From Mobula hypostoma (taxonomy: Eukaryota): a DNA stretch of 64,000 nucleotides. Both the position numbers and the translations under genes were made by a program. This document shows positions 14,311 through 26,305 of this stretch, piece after piece. The stretch spans positions 7,628,001 through 7,692,000 of the forward strand of contig NC_086109.1 in the NCBI RefSeq assembly GCF_963921235.1, written 5' to 3'. Within the stretch, counting starts at the first letter, position 1; every line of letters starts with the position of its first letter. The notes beneath the pieces were generated by a model that made no database searches, was not told the origin of the DNA, and saw only the letters and a program-made list of their open reading frames with translations.

Positions 14311-15650
14311 TACTCTCAATGGCCACTTTACTAGGTACACCTGCTCGTTAGTGCAAATATCAAATCAGCCAATCATGGGGCAGCAACTCAATATATAAAA
14401 GCATGCAGACATGGCCAAGAGGTTCACTTCAAAGGTTTCAAAGGTACATTTATTGTCAGAGAAATGTATATAATATACACCCTGAAATGCTTTTTCTTCA
14501 CAACCATCCATGAAAACAGAGGAGTGCCCCCAAAGAATGAACAGTTAAATGTTAGAACCCCAAAGTGCCCCCAGCTCCCCTCCCTCCCGCGAGTAAGCAG
14601 CAGCAAGCAACGATCCCCCCTCCCCACAAAAGCAAAAAAAAAACATCAGCACCCACCTCCAAGCACTCAAGCGTGCAGCAAAGCAACAGCAAAGACACAG
14701 ACCTGCAGTACCCCAAAGACTACTTGTTCACCCGGTATTCGACATACCACACGCTCTCTCTCTCCATTATAAGGGAGAAAGGGATGTCTCCGTTTCACAG
14801 TGAGAGGAGAGACATAGCAAAAAACTTGTTGGTTTACAATGTTAAATGTCTGTTGCATTGTTTTTTCCGAGCTCTGTGCCCAAAGATCTCAGGTCTCTGG
14901 GCCCTCAGCCGTAGACCTTCCGACTCCCACGACACACCGATCTCCTGCCGGGCACCAAGCTTCGATCTGTCTGTCTCCAGAGCCACGAGATCTCAACCTC
15001 TGAATGCGAGTGAAGCTCTTAGGCCGCGTCCTTGGCGTGCCAAATAACAGCCAGTCGTGAAACCCCGAGAACGGGTTCCATTCCCTCAAAGAACCATAGT
15101 CAGTGTGTAACTCCAGGTCAGGGTCTTCAAAAGAACCCTGAAAGGGAAACATAGAGATATTAAAGATGGAAATAGAGCTGTTTCCAAAGATGCAAGCAAA
15201 GGAATCACCATTAAGCGCTTGTTGTTCAGAGCAAACATCAGAATGAGAAGGAAATGTGATATATTGACTTTGACCGGGGAATGATTGTTGGTGCCCGATA
15301 AGGTGGTTTGAGTCTCTGAGAAACTGCTGATCTCCGGAGATTTTCATGCATAACGGTCTCTGGAGTTTACAGAGAATGGTGCAAAAAACAAAAGAAATAT
15401 CCAGTGAGTGACAGTTCAGTGGGCAAGAGAGCCTGGTTAATGAGAGAGGTCAGAGGAGAATGGCCAGACTGGTTCAAGCTGACAGGAAGATGACAGTAAC
15501 TGACACTGAGACACATCCCTGGCCGCACTGGGACACATCGTCAGTGATGTAACCTGGGGTGATCGGGTGTTTTAGGTCTTTCAACATCAGACACTCTCAC
15601 CAAGATGACACAAATAACTATGCATTACAACAGCATTGTGCAGAGGAACA
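14311..15650 (+). mobile_element. Tc1/mariner-type non-autonomous DNA transposon, interrupted by two later insertions
   Basis: Left TIR TACTCTCAATGGCCACTTTACTAGGTAC; degraded transposase N-terminus (DFDRGMIVGAR...ETADL...); interrupted at about 14427-15215 and 15502-15610. A matching right TIR is on the separate copy at 31483-31698. Confidence 0.7.
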
Positions 15651-16459
15651 CATGTATAAATATAACTGTATATATAGTATATAATAGTTACATTATATAA
15701 GTGGTGCAAAAATAGAAATAAAAAGTAGTGAGGTGGTGTTCACGGGTTCAATGTCCATTCAGAAATCGGATGGCAGAGGGGAGGAAGCTGTTCCTGAATC
15801 GCTGGTTTTGCCTCCTACCGTGTCACTTTGTCTGGAACTGTTTCTGAGAAGCCTAGTCCTAAGTAATTAGCAGTAAAAATACTTAACTATTGCTTTGCAA
15901 AGACGTGTGTGCATTGCACCAAATTACCACAACAATTAATTCGTTTTTCTGGCATAATTTATGGTTTGTAAAATGAAAATTGTTTCCAGAGACAGCCGGG
16001 CTTTCGAGACCATTGAAGTTTAATGGAGTGAATAAATGTACAATTCAGCTTCGAACTGATTAACAGGCATGCGATCAACACCGCGGCATAGTTTAACTGA
16101 TTCCATTTGCAGAGCGTCTGTCACCCCTGCTCCTGCCTCCCAATATAGATTTAAGGGTTTCTTAATTGTAAGCATTTTCCTTAGTGGCTGCATCTTTGAG
16201 ACGATCAAAGCTGGTCATGTGAGCCATGGGCATAAGACCCATAGAGAGAACCACAGCACGGATTCAGGCTCTTCTGCCCAACCTGCCCATGATGGCCCTT
16301 CTGTCTGCCTTGCTCGTAATGAATTCTTGCGTTAGGCCCATATCCCCCCAGGCCTCTCACCTCCATCTACATATCCAAGTGCTTCTTAAACAATACTGAG
16401 GCCCTGGTTAAGAAAGAAAGGAGGTGCACGGCAGGAACAAATTAGGTACTTGAGGAGAA

Positions 16460-17865
16460 TAAGAAACGCAAGGGAACACTTGCAGGAGGGATAAAAGAAA
16501 GCACAAGGTTGCTCTAGCAGACAAGTTGAAGGAGAATCCTAAGGGTTATATTAAGAGCAGAAGGATTACAAGGGGCAAAATAGGTCCTCTGGAAGATCAG
16601 AGTGGTCAACTATGTTGGAGCCAAAACAGGTAGGGGAGATCTTAAACGGATTTCTTGCATCTGTATTTACTTGGGAGATGGACACGGAATCTGTAGAAGG
16701 GAGGCAAAACAACAGTGAGGTCACAGACCCTATACAGGTACAGAGCAGGAGGTGCTGCTGTCTTGAGGCAAATTAGGGTGGACAAACCCCCAGGGCCTGA
16801 CAAGGTGTTCCCTTGGACCCTGTAGCAGGCAAGTGCAGAAATTGCAGGGGCCCTAGCAGTGATATTTAAATCATTCTTAGCAGAAGATGAGGTACCGGAG
16901 GATTGGAGGGTTGTTCCGTTGTTTGAGAAAGGCTCTAAAAATAAACTAGGAAATTATAAGCTGGCGAGTAGTGGGAAAGTTATTGGAAGGTATTCTAAGG
17001 GACTGGATAAATGAGTATTTGATAGACGGGGACTGATTAGGGATAATCAGCATGGCTTCTTGCATGGTAGGTCATGTCTAACCAATCTAATAGCGTTTTT
17101 CGAGGAAGTTACCAGGAGAGCTGATGAAGACAAGGCAGTGGATGCCTGTGACTAGTGGTGTGCTGCAGGGATCAGTGCTGGGTCCATTGTTGTTTGTCAT
17201 CTGGATGATAATGTGGTTAACTAGATTTGAAAAGTTATGGATAATGCTCAGATTGGGGGTGTAGTGGACAGTGTGGAAAACTATCAAAGCTGTAGCTGGA
17301 AAAATGAGCTGAAAAATGGCAGATGGAATTTAATGCAGACATCTGCAAGATGTTGCACCAGTTGAACCAACTAGTGTAGGTCTGACACGGTGAGCTGTAG
17401 GGTTCTGGCGAGTGTGGTAGGACACAGGGATTTGGGAATACAGGTCCATAGTTCATGGAAGGCGGTATCACAGGTAGATAAGATTGTAAAGGAAGCTTTC
17501 GGCGCATTGGCCTTCATAAATCAAAATATTGAGTACAGGAGATGGGATGTTACCCTAAAATGGTATAAGATGTTGCTGAAGCCTAATTTGGAATATCATT
17601 TGCAGTTTTACTCACCTACCTACCAGAAAAATGTAAATAAGAATGCAAGAGGACAAAGAAAATAAAGAAAATTTACAAGGATGATGCTGGGACTGGAGGA
17701 CCTGAGCTATAAGGAAAGGTTAAATAGGTTAGTAATTTATTTGCTAGGATGTAGAAGATATTGTATATAAAATTATGAGGGGTATAGATAGGGTAAATGC
17801 AAGCAGGCTTTTTCCACTGAGGTTGTGTGGGACTACAACTAGAGGTCATGAGTTAGGGGTGAAAG
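16460..17865 (+). mobile_element. Degraded CR1 LINE ORF2 (RT) fragment
   Basis: Frameshifted pieces of QHGF...GRSCLTNL, VTSGVLQGSVLGPLLFVI and LAFINQNIEYRRWDV; same family as 58725-60850. Confidence 0.9.
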
Positions 17866-18957
17866 ATAGGATCACTCTTTGTCTGGAACCTTCCCCTTGA
17901 CCTTATCGCCATGTTTAACTCGAGTTAGCTAATCTCCAGAGGGCATCACTCTCTGGATCTCGGAAATTCACAAGCCTCTGCACCATATCTGGGTGAGGAC
18001 CTTCGTGGGTGCACAAAACTCAAAGTGTGCCCTCACCAGTGACTGCAAATATCATCTCAACTCCTATACTCAGTGCTCGAACTGCTGAGGACTGAAAGGA
18101 TGTCTAAGGCAATACTGTCCTCATTCTTTTGCACGTTACTGTCTTGAAAACCTGGTGCCTCATTGGATTTTGTGACATTGGAAAACTCCTGTTGCATTCA
18201 GGAATGAAATGCTGGCATTTTGGGAATTTTAAGTCCACGCTGGTCTTTGGAGTCTAGGCCTATGCTCTATGCTCAAAAGCCAGTGAGGTGAATGTGGGAC
18301 GAAGGACATCCAGACTCTAGTTCTCCACCCTATGCTTGAGGTAACGAAGACTATCCAAAGTCTAGGCCTTCACTCCATGCTCAAAGGCCAGAGACGTGCA
18401 CCTGTGACAAAGGATATCTGTGGATTTTGGGCTGTCCCAGATTGGTCGGTGAGTGCAAGCAGGTGGAATAAGGGTTGATGAATCGACGAGTGTGAGTCTG
18501 AGCCTGGAATTCAGGGTCTCATCTTCAACTGGAATGGGAATCACGGCCGGAGATTGAGGCCCAAATGTTAATTGGAAGTCTAGAAGTTAAAGCCTGATGT
18601 CTGAAGACTGGAGGCCTCAAGGCTTGTCCTGGAGTAGGAGAACTGTCGATGTGGGTCACTCAGGAGTCACTGTTGTTGTTTTGTTGCTTCTTGTGTTCTG
18701 CCAAGCATTGTGGGTATGCTGTGCAGGCGCCAGAATGTGTGGCGACACTTGCGGGCTGCACATCATTTGGTGTGTTGGTTGTTAACGCAAATAATCCATT
18801 TCACCGTATGTTTTGATGTACATACGATAAATGAACTTGAATAAACTAAATGTTTTCTTTTTAATTTCTAATTGTACCCACCTCCACCACTTCCACAGGC
18901 AGCCTGCTCCATAAACCCACTACCAAGTGTGAGAAAGATTCCCCTTAAATCTTTCCG

Positions 18958-19698
18958 TTATTATTGTTTCTCAGCTCAATCCAATAAAACCTGAGGTATG
19001 GGCATAGCCAAGCAAACTCATTTCTCAATTGCTAGGAACTTTCAGACTATTCCAGTGGTGTTTAGTATAATGGCTTTCTGGAGATTTACATAGATAATGC
19101 TGAGTAGTCCTAATTGTTTAATGCTATTGTGTAGTGCCTTTGGGATGACACCAGTTGTAGATATTACTATTGGGACAATGTATACCTTGTTCATGTTCCA
19201 TAGTCTTTCAATTTCCTCTTTTAATTCAGCATATTTCTGATATTTTTCACTTACTGATTTCTGTATGTTATGGGAGTTTGGAATGGCTACATCTATTAAA
19301 TAAGCTGTTCTTGCTTGTTTACCCTGTATTATTATATCCGGACAGTTATTATGGATTATCCTATCCGTAATAACTGATCGATCATAAAATAATTTGTGGT
19401 ATTCGGATTCTAAAACTGGATCAGGCTCGTGTTTATAGTAAGGTATGGTTTCTTTTATGAGTGTGTATTTCAAAGCAAGATTTTGTTGAATGGTGTTTGC
19501 CACTTGATTGTGGCTGTGTAAGTAATCAGATTGAGTTAAACTGCTACGGGATCCTGCAACGTGTTGGATTGTTTCTGGTTTCCCCCAGCATTTTCTACGT
19601 TTATCACCTTGAATTGGTTGGTCTTTTATTATGTATTTTTAATAATTTTTTTGTGTTAACCACCTGGTCCTGCATTGCCACATGGAATCCCTCTGTTC
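18958..19698 (-). mobile_element. 5'-truncated R4/Dong-type non-LTR retrotransposon (restriction-like endonuclease region)
   Basis: ORF 19042-19503 and upstream frame give EGF..AMQDQVVNTKNY, PETIQHV, HNQVA, PD-(D/E)xK-like CPDIII...LIDVAIP...EKYQKY and VPIVISTTG; flanked by TAA-type repeats. Confidence 0.85.
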
Positions 19699-19743
19699 AT
19701 TATTATTATTATTATCATTGTTGTTGTTGTTGTTGCTGTAGTA
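19699..19743. repeat. (ATT)n/(GTT)n trinucleotide microsatellite
   Basis: ATTATTATTATTATTATCATTGTTGTTGTTGTTGTTGCTGTAGTA. Confidence 0.9.
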
Positions 19744-20290
19744 ACTAGATAGCAGAGCAACAGGCTGAGTGGCCAATCCTCTTCCTATTTTACAACCTCA
19801 AGACAACAGTTCTCACTGCAGAAGTTAAGTTAATCAGAATCAGAATCAAGTTTATTATCATTGATCTATGTCATGAAATGTATTGTTTTGTGGCAGCAGT
19901 ACAGTGCAATACATAAAAAATATAATTACTATAAATTACAATAATAAATATTAACAATAAATAAGTAGTACAAGAGAGAGTAAAATAGTGACATAGTGTT
20001 CATTGTCCGTTCAGTGGATCTGATGGTGGAGGGGAAGAAGCTGTTCCTAAAACATTCAATGTGGGTCTTCAATATAATGCAAAAGAGCATTAGAGAAGTT
20101 GAGTTCCTGGACCGTTCAGAAATCTGAAGGCGGAGGGGATGAAGTAGTTCCTAAAATGTTGAGTGTGTGCCTTCAGTTTCCTGTCCCTCCTCCTTGAAGG
20201 TAGTATTGAGAAGAGGGCATATCCTGGGCAGTGAGGGTCCCTTAATCAGGTGGATTTCTCCAGCAATACAGTTGTTCCACCATTACTGAT

Positions 20291-20341
20291 TAATTCCGCC
20301 ACAGACGGTCCCAAGCCCGACTACGAAAGGAGGAGAGTTGG
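20291..20341 (+). ncRNA. Twister (type P1) self-cleaving ribozyme motif, with one pseudoknot mismatch
   Basis: TAA-TTCC-GCC-ACAGA-CGG-TCCCAAGC-CCG-ACTACGAAA-GGAG-GAGAG-TTGG follows the order of twister conserved elements (UAA cleavage loop, P2, GC pseudoknot, P4 with loop UCCCAAGC, P2', GAGGG). Confidence 0.75.
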
Positions 20342-20560
20342 ACATGGGGCTAGTAACCCATCCGATAGAAACCCAGAGCTACAGAAACGCCAACAGAAGC
20401 TCCAAAGACCTCATCCCTGGAAGAGGAAGGATCTTACCGAGAAGATGGGCTGCACCCGGGGACAGTTCAAAAGTCTGGCCCAGGACAGAAGACTCTGACA
20501 AGCTGTTGTCGACAGCCTGTGCCCCAGTAAGGGCGATGGGTTTAAGAAGATGAAGAGGAG
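20291..20560 (+). mobile_element. 270-bp non-autonomous RTE-type retroposon (5'UTR head fused to ORF 3' end)
   Basis: Perfect 12-bp TSD ACCATTACTGAT (20279-20290, 20561-20572); the 3' half encodes an RTE-like C-terminus (MGCTRGQFKSLAQDRRL..AVVDSLCP) followed by an AAG/GAG-type tail. Confidence 0.85.
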
Positions 20561-20724
20561 ACCATTACTGATGGCAACATTTTATTTTAATTTATTTTCT
20601 ATTTATTTTTTTTAATTGATTTTAACGTCACCAGTATGATTACTGCTCAAGCTCCCGCACAGATGGTGTCTTGCAAGCCCTGAGGAATCAGAACTCCAGG
20701 CTCACAAGGTTACATAAATCTCCC

Positions 20725-20929
20725 ACAAACGAGAAAATCTGCCGATGCTGGATATCCAGAGCAACGCACACAAAATGCTGGAGGAACTCAGCAGGTCAGG
20801 CAGCAGCTGTGGAAAAGAGTAAACAGTCAATGTTTCGGGCTGAGATCGGTCGCGGCCCGAAACATCAATTGTTTACACATTTTCTTAGATGCTGCCTGAT
20901 GTGCTGAGTTCCTCCGGTGTTTTGTGTAT
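20725..20929. mobile_element. Palindromic Penelope-derived short insertion
   Basis: Two inverted copies of the Penelope terminus; 16-bp direct repeat GTTACATAAATCTCCC at 20709-20724 and 20930-20945. Confidence 0.8.
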
Positions 20930-21684
20930 GTTACATAAATCTCCCTTCTTTCGCTGCTTACATCTGGAGTAATAGTTCTGGATTGTCCTAATGTCGGGTT
21001 ATATATTAGTCGGAATCGTAGCAAACAGAATGATTAATTAACGGTGGAGTGACAGCCACGTAATCATGTTATAATTTCATTCTGGGAGATAAAAATGCTC
21101 AGAAGTCCTCACTGCACTCGTTTGTAAATCACAGTTAAACGAGAGAAGAGGGATAGTCCTTATTAACACACACAACTCTCTGAACCTCTCTGTTAATTAG
21201 CACTACTAAGGACTTGGAAACTGGAATTACAATGAACAGATTTAGCAGTAATTATGACCAGGCTGGAACAACCATATAGGCCAAGAGTGAGGACAACAAT
21301 TTGTAAAATGGATTAAGGTGAATAACAGGGTGTCAAACATCAGCTCAGACCTCCCACTGAGTGAAGAAGATCCCCCTCAGGTTCCCCTTAACATTCTTTC
21401 AGCTGGGACGTTCCTTTAGTGGGGGAATCTAGGACCCAGAGGGCACAACCTCGGAACAGGGGGCATCCCTTCGGAATGGAGAGGAAGAGGAATTTCTTTA
21501 GCTGGAGGGGGAGGATGTGTGGAATTCAGGTGGCTATGGAGGCCAAGTCATTGGGTATAGTTACGGCAGTGGTTAATAGGTTCTTGATCAGTCAGGATGT
21601 CAAAGATTATGGGGAGAAGGCAGGAGAATGGGGTTGAGAGAGATAATAAATCAGCCATAATGGAACGGTGGAGCAGACTCGATG

Positions 21685-22243
21685 GGCCGAATTTGGAGTA
21701 TTGTGTACAGTTCTGGTCACCGAATTATAGGAAAGATGTCAATAAAATTGAGAGAGTACAGAGGAGATTTACTAAAATGTTGCCTGGGTTTCATCTCTAA
21801 GTTACAGAGAAAGGTTGAACAAGTTAGGTCTTTATTCTTTGGAGCATAGAAGGTTGAGGGGGGACTTGATAGAGGTATTTAAAATTATGAGGGGGATAGA
21901 TAGAGTTGACGTGGATAGGCTTTTTCCATTGAGAGTGGGGGAGATTCAAACAAGAGGTCATGAGTTGAGAGTTAAAGGGCAAAAGTTTAGGGGTAACATG
22001 AGGGGGATCTTCTTTACTCAGAGAGTGGTAGCTGTGTGGAACGAGCTTCCAGCAGAAGTGGTTGAGGCAGGTTCGATGTTGTCATTTAAAGTTAAATTGG
22101 GTAGATATATGGACAGGAAAGGAATGGAGGGTTATGGGCTGAGTGCAGGTCGGTGGGACTAAGTGACAGTAAGAGCTTGGCACGGACTAGAAGGGCCAAG
22201 ATGTCCTGTTTCCGTGCTGTAATTGTTATATGATTATATGGTT
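21685..22243 (+). mobile_element. CR1 LINE 3' fragment joined to the end of an older CR1 3' end (about 21405-21690)
   Basis: PNLEYCVQFWSP and ORF 21815-22162 LGLYSLE.RRLRGDLIEVFKIM...FFTQRVVAVWNELP; TTATATG-type tail. Confidence 0.9.
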
Positions 22244-24231
22244 ACACTCTCAACCTTCATTAGAGACACCAGAACGAACACACACTTGGATCCAACAGAC
22301 CACCACACGTACCTCCATAACGACGTAAGCACTCAGAGCAGGAGAAAGTTGTATGGTTTCAGTAGCCTGCTTAAAAATAAAACACAGAACACACTACAGC
22401 ACAGCACAGGCTCTTCGGTCCACAATATTGTGCTGACCTTTTCACCTAGTCCAAGATTAATTCAATCTAGCACTCCCTTCCCACGTTGCCCTGCTTTTTC
22501 TTTCACTTATGAGCCTAAATAAAAGTCTTCCTAACGTACCTGCCTCCACCACCACCCCCAGCAGGGCATTTTGTGCATCCACCACTCCCTGTGTAAAAAA
22601 CCTACCTCAGACGTTCCCCACAGTCACCTTCAAAATACGCCCTCTCATAATGACAGTGGGAGAAAGTCTCTGGCTGTCCACTCTATCTGTATAGTTTACC
22701 ATCTTGCACATCTTTATTAAGTCACCTCGCTTCCTCCTTCATGCCAAAGAGAAAAGCCCTAACTTGCTCAACTTTTCCTCCTTAGACATGCTCTTTAGAT
22801 GGGCCGAAAGGTCTGTTTGTGCTGTAGCACCCTATGACTCTATGACCCTATGTGCTATGAAGAGAGGTTGGACTGATTAGGACTGTATTTTCTGGGTTAG
22901 GGTTAGTGATTTGGCACTGGATGCCCTGCATAATCCTTGCTGATTTGATTTGACCCAAAAAGATCCATTTCACTGCATGTTTCCATGTGTGTGTGAGAAT
23001 TAAAGCTGATCTAATCTTTATCAGATTTTTTAATCAAATCTATGCTTGAATGGGTTAATTTTGGCTCGCTTAGAGTTAAATTCACAGACAAGAATGGCGT
23101 TCAGCGGGAGCAGCATCTTCAAGACAGTGAAATATCACTTAGTCCTCGGAAATCAGTCACAGATTCTGGTGCAGTGGCAGAGTTATTTGCTTAACCTCAA
23201 TGGGGTTCATGACAAGTTGACTAATGGCTGAAGAGAGCCAGGCGTTTATAGAGTACAGTCCCAGAGCTGGATTTCTGAGGGTGGGAGGAGGGGGTGCAGG
23301 GGGTGCGGGGGGTGTTAACCGAAGCTTCCATTTGAAGGAAAGCTACAAGAGCTTCTGCTGAAAAAAAATTAAAATGCAAATTGGAGATTCAAGATTGTTT
23401 ATTGTCATTCTTCAGTAAATGACTGTAAAGGAGAGCAAAACGATTGTTTCTCCGGGATCTGGTGCAGCAGGAAAAAAACACAGTAAGCACAAAGAACACA
23501 ATTAAAAAAAAACAAAAATAACACAATAAATATAAATGTTATTGCTTGCAAATACTAACAGCTGGTTCTCAGAGAATGGGGAACTGCCTTACTTGGCATT
23601 AGTTCCCTTGGTGCTTCAGGCACCAATTTAGAATCGGTACAGGCCCCTCAGCCCACAATGCTGTGCTCTTAACCTACTCTAAGATCAATCTAACCCTTCC
23701 CTCCTACATAACCCTCTATTTTTCAATCGTCCATGTGCCTGGCTAAGCATTTTTTAAATGTCCCTAATATATCTATCTCTACCACCACCCCAACAGAGTG
23801 TTCCAAGCACTCACCAATTTCTGTGTAAAATAGTGCCCATTGACATTGCTCCTCTCCGTGCCTTGTGGCGTATCAGGTGACAACCTTGCTGTTTCCTTAG
23901 CATTTTTGTCTGTTTTTTACGAGGCCAAGTTGCTAGCTTGACTCTCAACCCAACATGAATAGAAAGCGTGCAAGGCACCGGCCAGATTCGAACCCAGAAC
24001 CTCTCGCCTCCAAGTCTGGGGCTGATGCCACTACACCACCAAGCAGCACCATCCCCCTTGTACTTTGCTCCAAACACTTACAATTATGCACCCTCGTATT
24101 ATCTACTTCCACCCTGGGAGTCGCTCCCATCAGGGAGGAGGTACAGAAGCCTGAGGGCACAGACCCAGTGATTCACGTGCACCTTCTTCCCCTCTGCCAT
24201 CAGATTTCTGAATGGATATTGATCGCATGAC

Positions 24232-24662
24232 ACTATACTTTATACTTCATTGTCGCCAAACAATTGATACTAGAACATACAATCATCACAGCGATATTTG
24301 ATTTTGCGCTTCGCGCTCCCTGGAATACAAATCGATAGTAAATATTAAAAATTTAAATTATAAATCATAAATAAAAAAATAGAAAAGGGAAGATAAGGTA
24401 GTGCAAAAAAAACCGAGACGCAGGTCCGGATATTTGGAGGGTACGGCCCAGATCCGGGCCAGGATCCGTTCAGCAGTCTTATCACAGTTGGAAAGAAGCT
24501 GTTCCCAAATCTGGCCGTATGAGTCTTCAAGCTCCTGAGCCTTCTCCCGGAGGGAAGAGGGACGAAAAGTGTGTTGGCTGGGTGGGTCATGTCCTTGATT
24601 ATCCTGGCAACACTGCTCCGACAGCGTGCGGTGTAAAGTGAGTCCACGGACGGAAGATTGGT
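24232..24662 (-). mobile_element. Young Rex1/Babar 3' fragment nested in an older copy
   Basis: ORF 24345-24647 contains HPANTLFVPLPSGRRLRSLKTHTARFGNSFFPTVIRLLN; CpG-rich. Confidence 0.8.
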
Positions 24663-25634
24663 ACTACCTCACTACTATTTTGTTTCTGTTTTTGCACTAT
24701 CTATTTAATGTAACGATTTGCTGTAATTCACATTTTTCTATTATTATATATTGTGTTGTACTGCTGCCACAAAGACATTAGATTTCATGGCACGCCACTG
24801 ATATTAAACCTGATTCTGATTCTGAAAATATCTCTGGCTGTCCACTTGACCTATGCCACTTATCATCCTGTACATCTGGTAAGATGAAGGCACGCTCGGT
24901 CGTCGCAGCCTCCCTGGGTCCAATTAAAGGTGCCATTTCCGTCCATTATGTCTGTTTTATGACTGCGAGACACTGCTGGGTATTAAGAACATCACCTACA
25001 GCGGGCCTACCTCACTAGTGAGTTGCCCGATTGCAGGTGAGCTGGGCTTGTTGCGTGCCACATTGCAGCCCACTGCAGACTCCCGAGGATGAAGATGTCA
25101 GAGATGTGCACGGTCCAACAAATGGTGCGAATGATTGTCTGGGGCACTTTTCTTGTGATGGCAAGGCCCTGTTGGATGTTGGTAATGCAGGATACTGCAA
25201 GTCCAGTTTCACTGGTGCTGTGGCGAGATCGACGGTGGGAGGGCTGCGTGGCCTTGGTTGCTGAGCAGACCAGGACCTCAAGCCGCAGGGTCGCCTGTTG
25301 CATTGCCCAGAGAAGGAGATACTAAAGCGGGTGTGGGAGGGAGCTGGGTTGGGAGGGTTGGCAGAGATGCTAGTGTATCAAACATCTGACGGTGCTAGTG
25401 TTCGATAAGTGGAGGTTAAGTCGGATTGCCTTCATCTGCAGCTAACCCAGGGCGAGACGTGCTCTCTTATCCAGACAGCTTCTTGGTAAGTCTCCTCTCT
25501 AAAACTTCTACATCCTTCCTATAATGAGAAAGTAGAAATGAACGCAATACACCAAGTGTGCTCTAACCAGAGTTGCAACATTATCTCGTGGCACTTGAAC
25601 TAAATGCCCTGATTAATGAAGGCCAACATTATGG

Positions 25635-26305
25635 TGGGAGGAGAAGATGGCAGTGCGATGCAGCGCGCGCAGCCTCTCCGGTGAAATGATATCGTATTTG
25701 TTAAATAGGAGGCCGTACATAATTTTGATTTGATGGAGACAGATGTGAGAAGGCACAGAGGAACACCTGGAGAAACTTCTGAAATGCCTGGTTCGCTGCC
25801 GCTGCTACTGTGTGATCGAGAATCTCCGGAGGGTAGGCCCCAAATCCTCGGTTTTGCCTGTTGCTGGCGGCCGGGGCTGGGGTCAAAGCATTCGGCAGAG
25901 ATGGTGCTCGGTGCTCAGTGTCCGAGGGCTGGACGGAGGCTCGAAGTTTTGGGACATCTCAGAGTCGGACTGTGGTCGGGTGCTTCCAGGATGCTGCATC
26001 GGCAAGTTTGCGGCGCTGGAAGCTCATGGCAGGGAGAGTTTTCTTCCTTCTCCTGTCTGCGTGAGATGATGGGACTTTCGAGAGATATTGAACTTTTTTT
26101 TACCATGCCCATGGCCTGTTCTTCATCAAGTTATGGTATTGCTTGCACTGTTGTAACTATATGTTATAATTATGTGGTTTTTGTCAGTTTTTCAGTCTTG
26201 GTCTGTCTTGTGTTTCTGTGATATCACACCAGAGGAACATTGTATCATTTCTTAATGCATGTATTACTAAATGACAATAAAAGAGGACTGTATGTCCTCA
26301 TAATA
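25635..26305 (+). mobile_element. Non-autonomous LINE-derived repeat
   Basis: GC-rich head starting GGAGAAGATGGC, AT-rich tail ending AATGACAATAAA; inserted in a minus-strand CR1 remnant; no recognisable protein. Confidence 0.55.
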
